Below, piece by piece: positions 13,300 to 13,767 of a stretch of DNA of 13,767 nt. This DNA comes from a virus (taxonomy: Duplodnaviria; Heunggongvirae; Uroviricota; Caudoviricetes), in IMG/VR virus record IMGVR_UViG_2531839532_000006; one strand, given 5' to 3'. The notes beneath the pieces were generated by a model that did no database searches, was not told the DNA's origin, and saw nothing but the letters and a program-made list of their open reading frames with translations. Within the stretch, counting starts at the first letter, position 1. The number at the start of each line of letters is the position of its first letter. The position numbers and the translations under genes were made by a program.

Positions 13300-13509
13300 G
13301 TTGTGATATGTAGATGATAATCATTATCACTTTACGGGTCCTTTCCGGTGATCCGACAGGTTACGGGGCGGCGACCTCGCGGGTTTTCGCTATTTATGAA
13401 AATTTTCCGGTTTAAGGTGTTTCCGTTCTTCTTCGTCGTAACTTAATGTTTTTATTTAAAATACCCCCTGAAAAGAAAGGAAACGACAGGTGCTGAAAGC
13501 GGGCTTTTT
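13300..13509. other. Lambda-type cos site: cosQ region, cosN (12-nt cohesive end GGGCGGCGACCT at 13365-13376), cosB R3 and R2; R1 displaced
   Basis: 13200-13364 matches the lambda right end as I remember it (...GGTGATCCGACAGGTTACG). 13365-13509 matches the lambda left end (GGGCGGCGACCTCGCGGGTTTTCGCTATTTATGAAAATTTTCCGGTTTAAGG...AAAGGAAACGACAGGTGCTGAAAGCG) with a few substitutions, and similarity stops at 13509. Confidence 0.75.
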
Positions 13510-13767
13510 GTAAGCGACTCGTCAGAACCGTATTGATATTTACTGAGAGCTCAGATCAACTTTCCAGGGCAACAGATCGCGTACCCGGTTTGCCGGCCAG
13601 TCCTGGATATGTTCAATGACGTAACGCAGCCACTTTTCTGGCTCCACATTGTTCAGACGGCATGTGCCGATCAGCGAGTACAACACCGCCGCATGTTCAC
13701 CACCGCTGTCGGAACCCGCGAACATCCAGTTTTTCCGGCCTACGGCCACTCCCCGTAAGGCGTTCTC
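13510..13767 (-). mobile_element. IS66-family insertion sequence, terminal part (GTAAGCG terminus), extending beyond the window
   Basis: Similarity to lambda cos ends at 13509. 13510 begins GTAAGCGACTCG, the terminal motif typical of IS66-family ends, and an IS66-type transposase C-terminus is encoded about 30 bp inside. Confidence 0.7.
13540..13767 (-). CDS. IS66-family transposase (TnpC), C-terminal portion; 5' part lies beyond the window
   Basis: Minus-strand frame is open to the window edge and reads ENALRGVAVGRKNWMFAGSDSGGEHAAVLYSLIGTCRLNNVEPEKWLRYVIEHIQDWPANRVRDLLPWKVDLSSQ, the conserved IS66 TnpC C-terminus. Confidence 0.75.
   Translation of the reverse strand, partial: ENALRGVAVGRKNWMFAGSDSGGEHAAVLYSLIGTCRLNNVEPEKWLRYVIEHIQDWPANRVRDLLPWKVDLSSQ

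Noticed and set aside
1-13767. CRISPR arrays and rRNA genes
   Set aside because: No regularly spaced direct repeats of CRISPR size and no rRNA-like conserved sequence were noticed on reading through the window.

Overview
This window is the late region of a lambdoid (Qin / phage-21-like) enterobacterial prophage, marked by IS activity at both ends. Everything below was read by eye from the sequence and the ORF track; no homology search or computation was run, so family names are recollections to be confirmed. Left to right: the 3' end of an IS3-family transposase gene and a complete DDE-type IS transposase; flxA with a sigma-28 promoter; the relB-relE-hokD toxin-antitoxin operon; a tightly packed rem-like / DUF968 (ydfU-like) / rusA / Q block; late promoter PR' and terminator tR'; a small ORF and an orphan DPPY DNA methyltransferase; tRNA-Ile(CAU) and tRNA-Arg(UCU); a roughly 1.9 kb partly AT-rich cargo island of uncharacterised ORFs bracketed by intrinsic terminators; the lysis cassette (S21-type pinholin, ydfR-like ORF, SAR endolysin, a small membrane ORF, Rz with embedded Rz1); two opposite-strand moron-type ORFs; and a lambda-type cos site whose cosB is interrupted by the end of an IS66-family element running off the window. 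No CRISPR array or rRNA was seen. The best candidates for something undescribed are the cargo island at the Q-to-lysis position (where stx sits in Stx phages), the small membrane ORF between endolysin and Rz, and the palindrome-associated minus-strand ORF pair after Rz.
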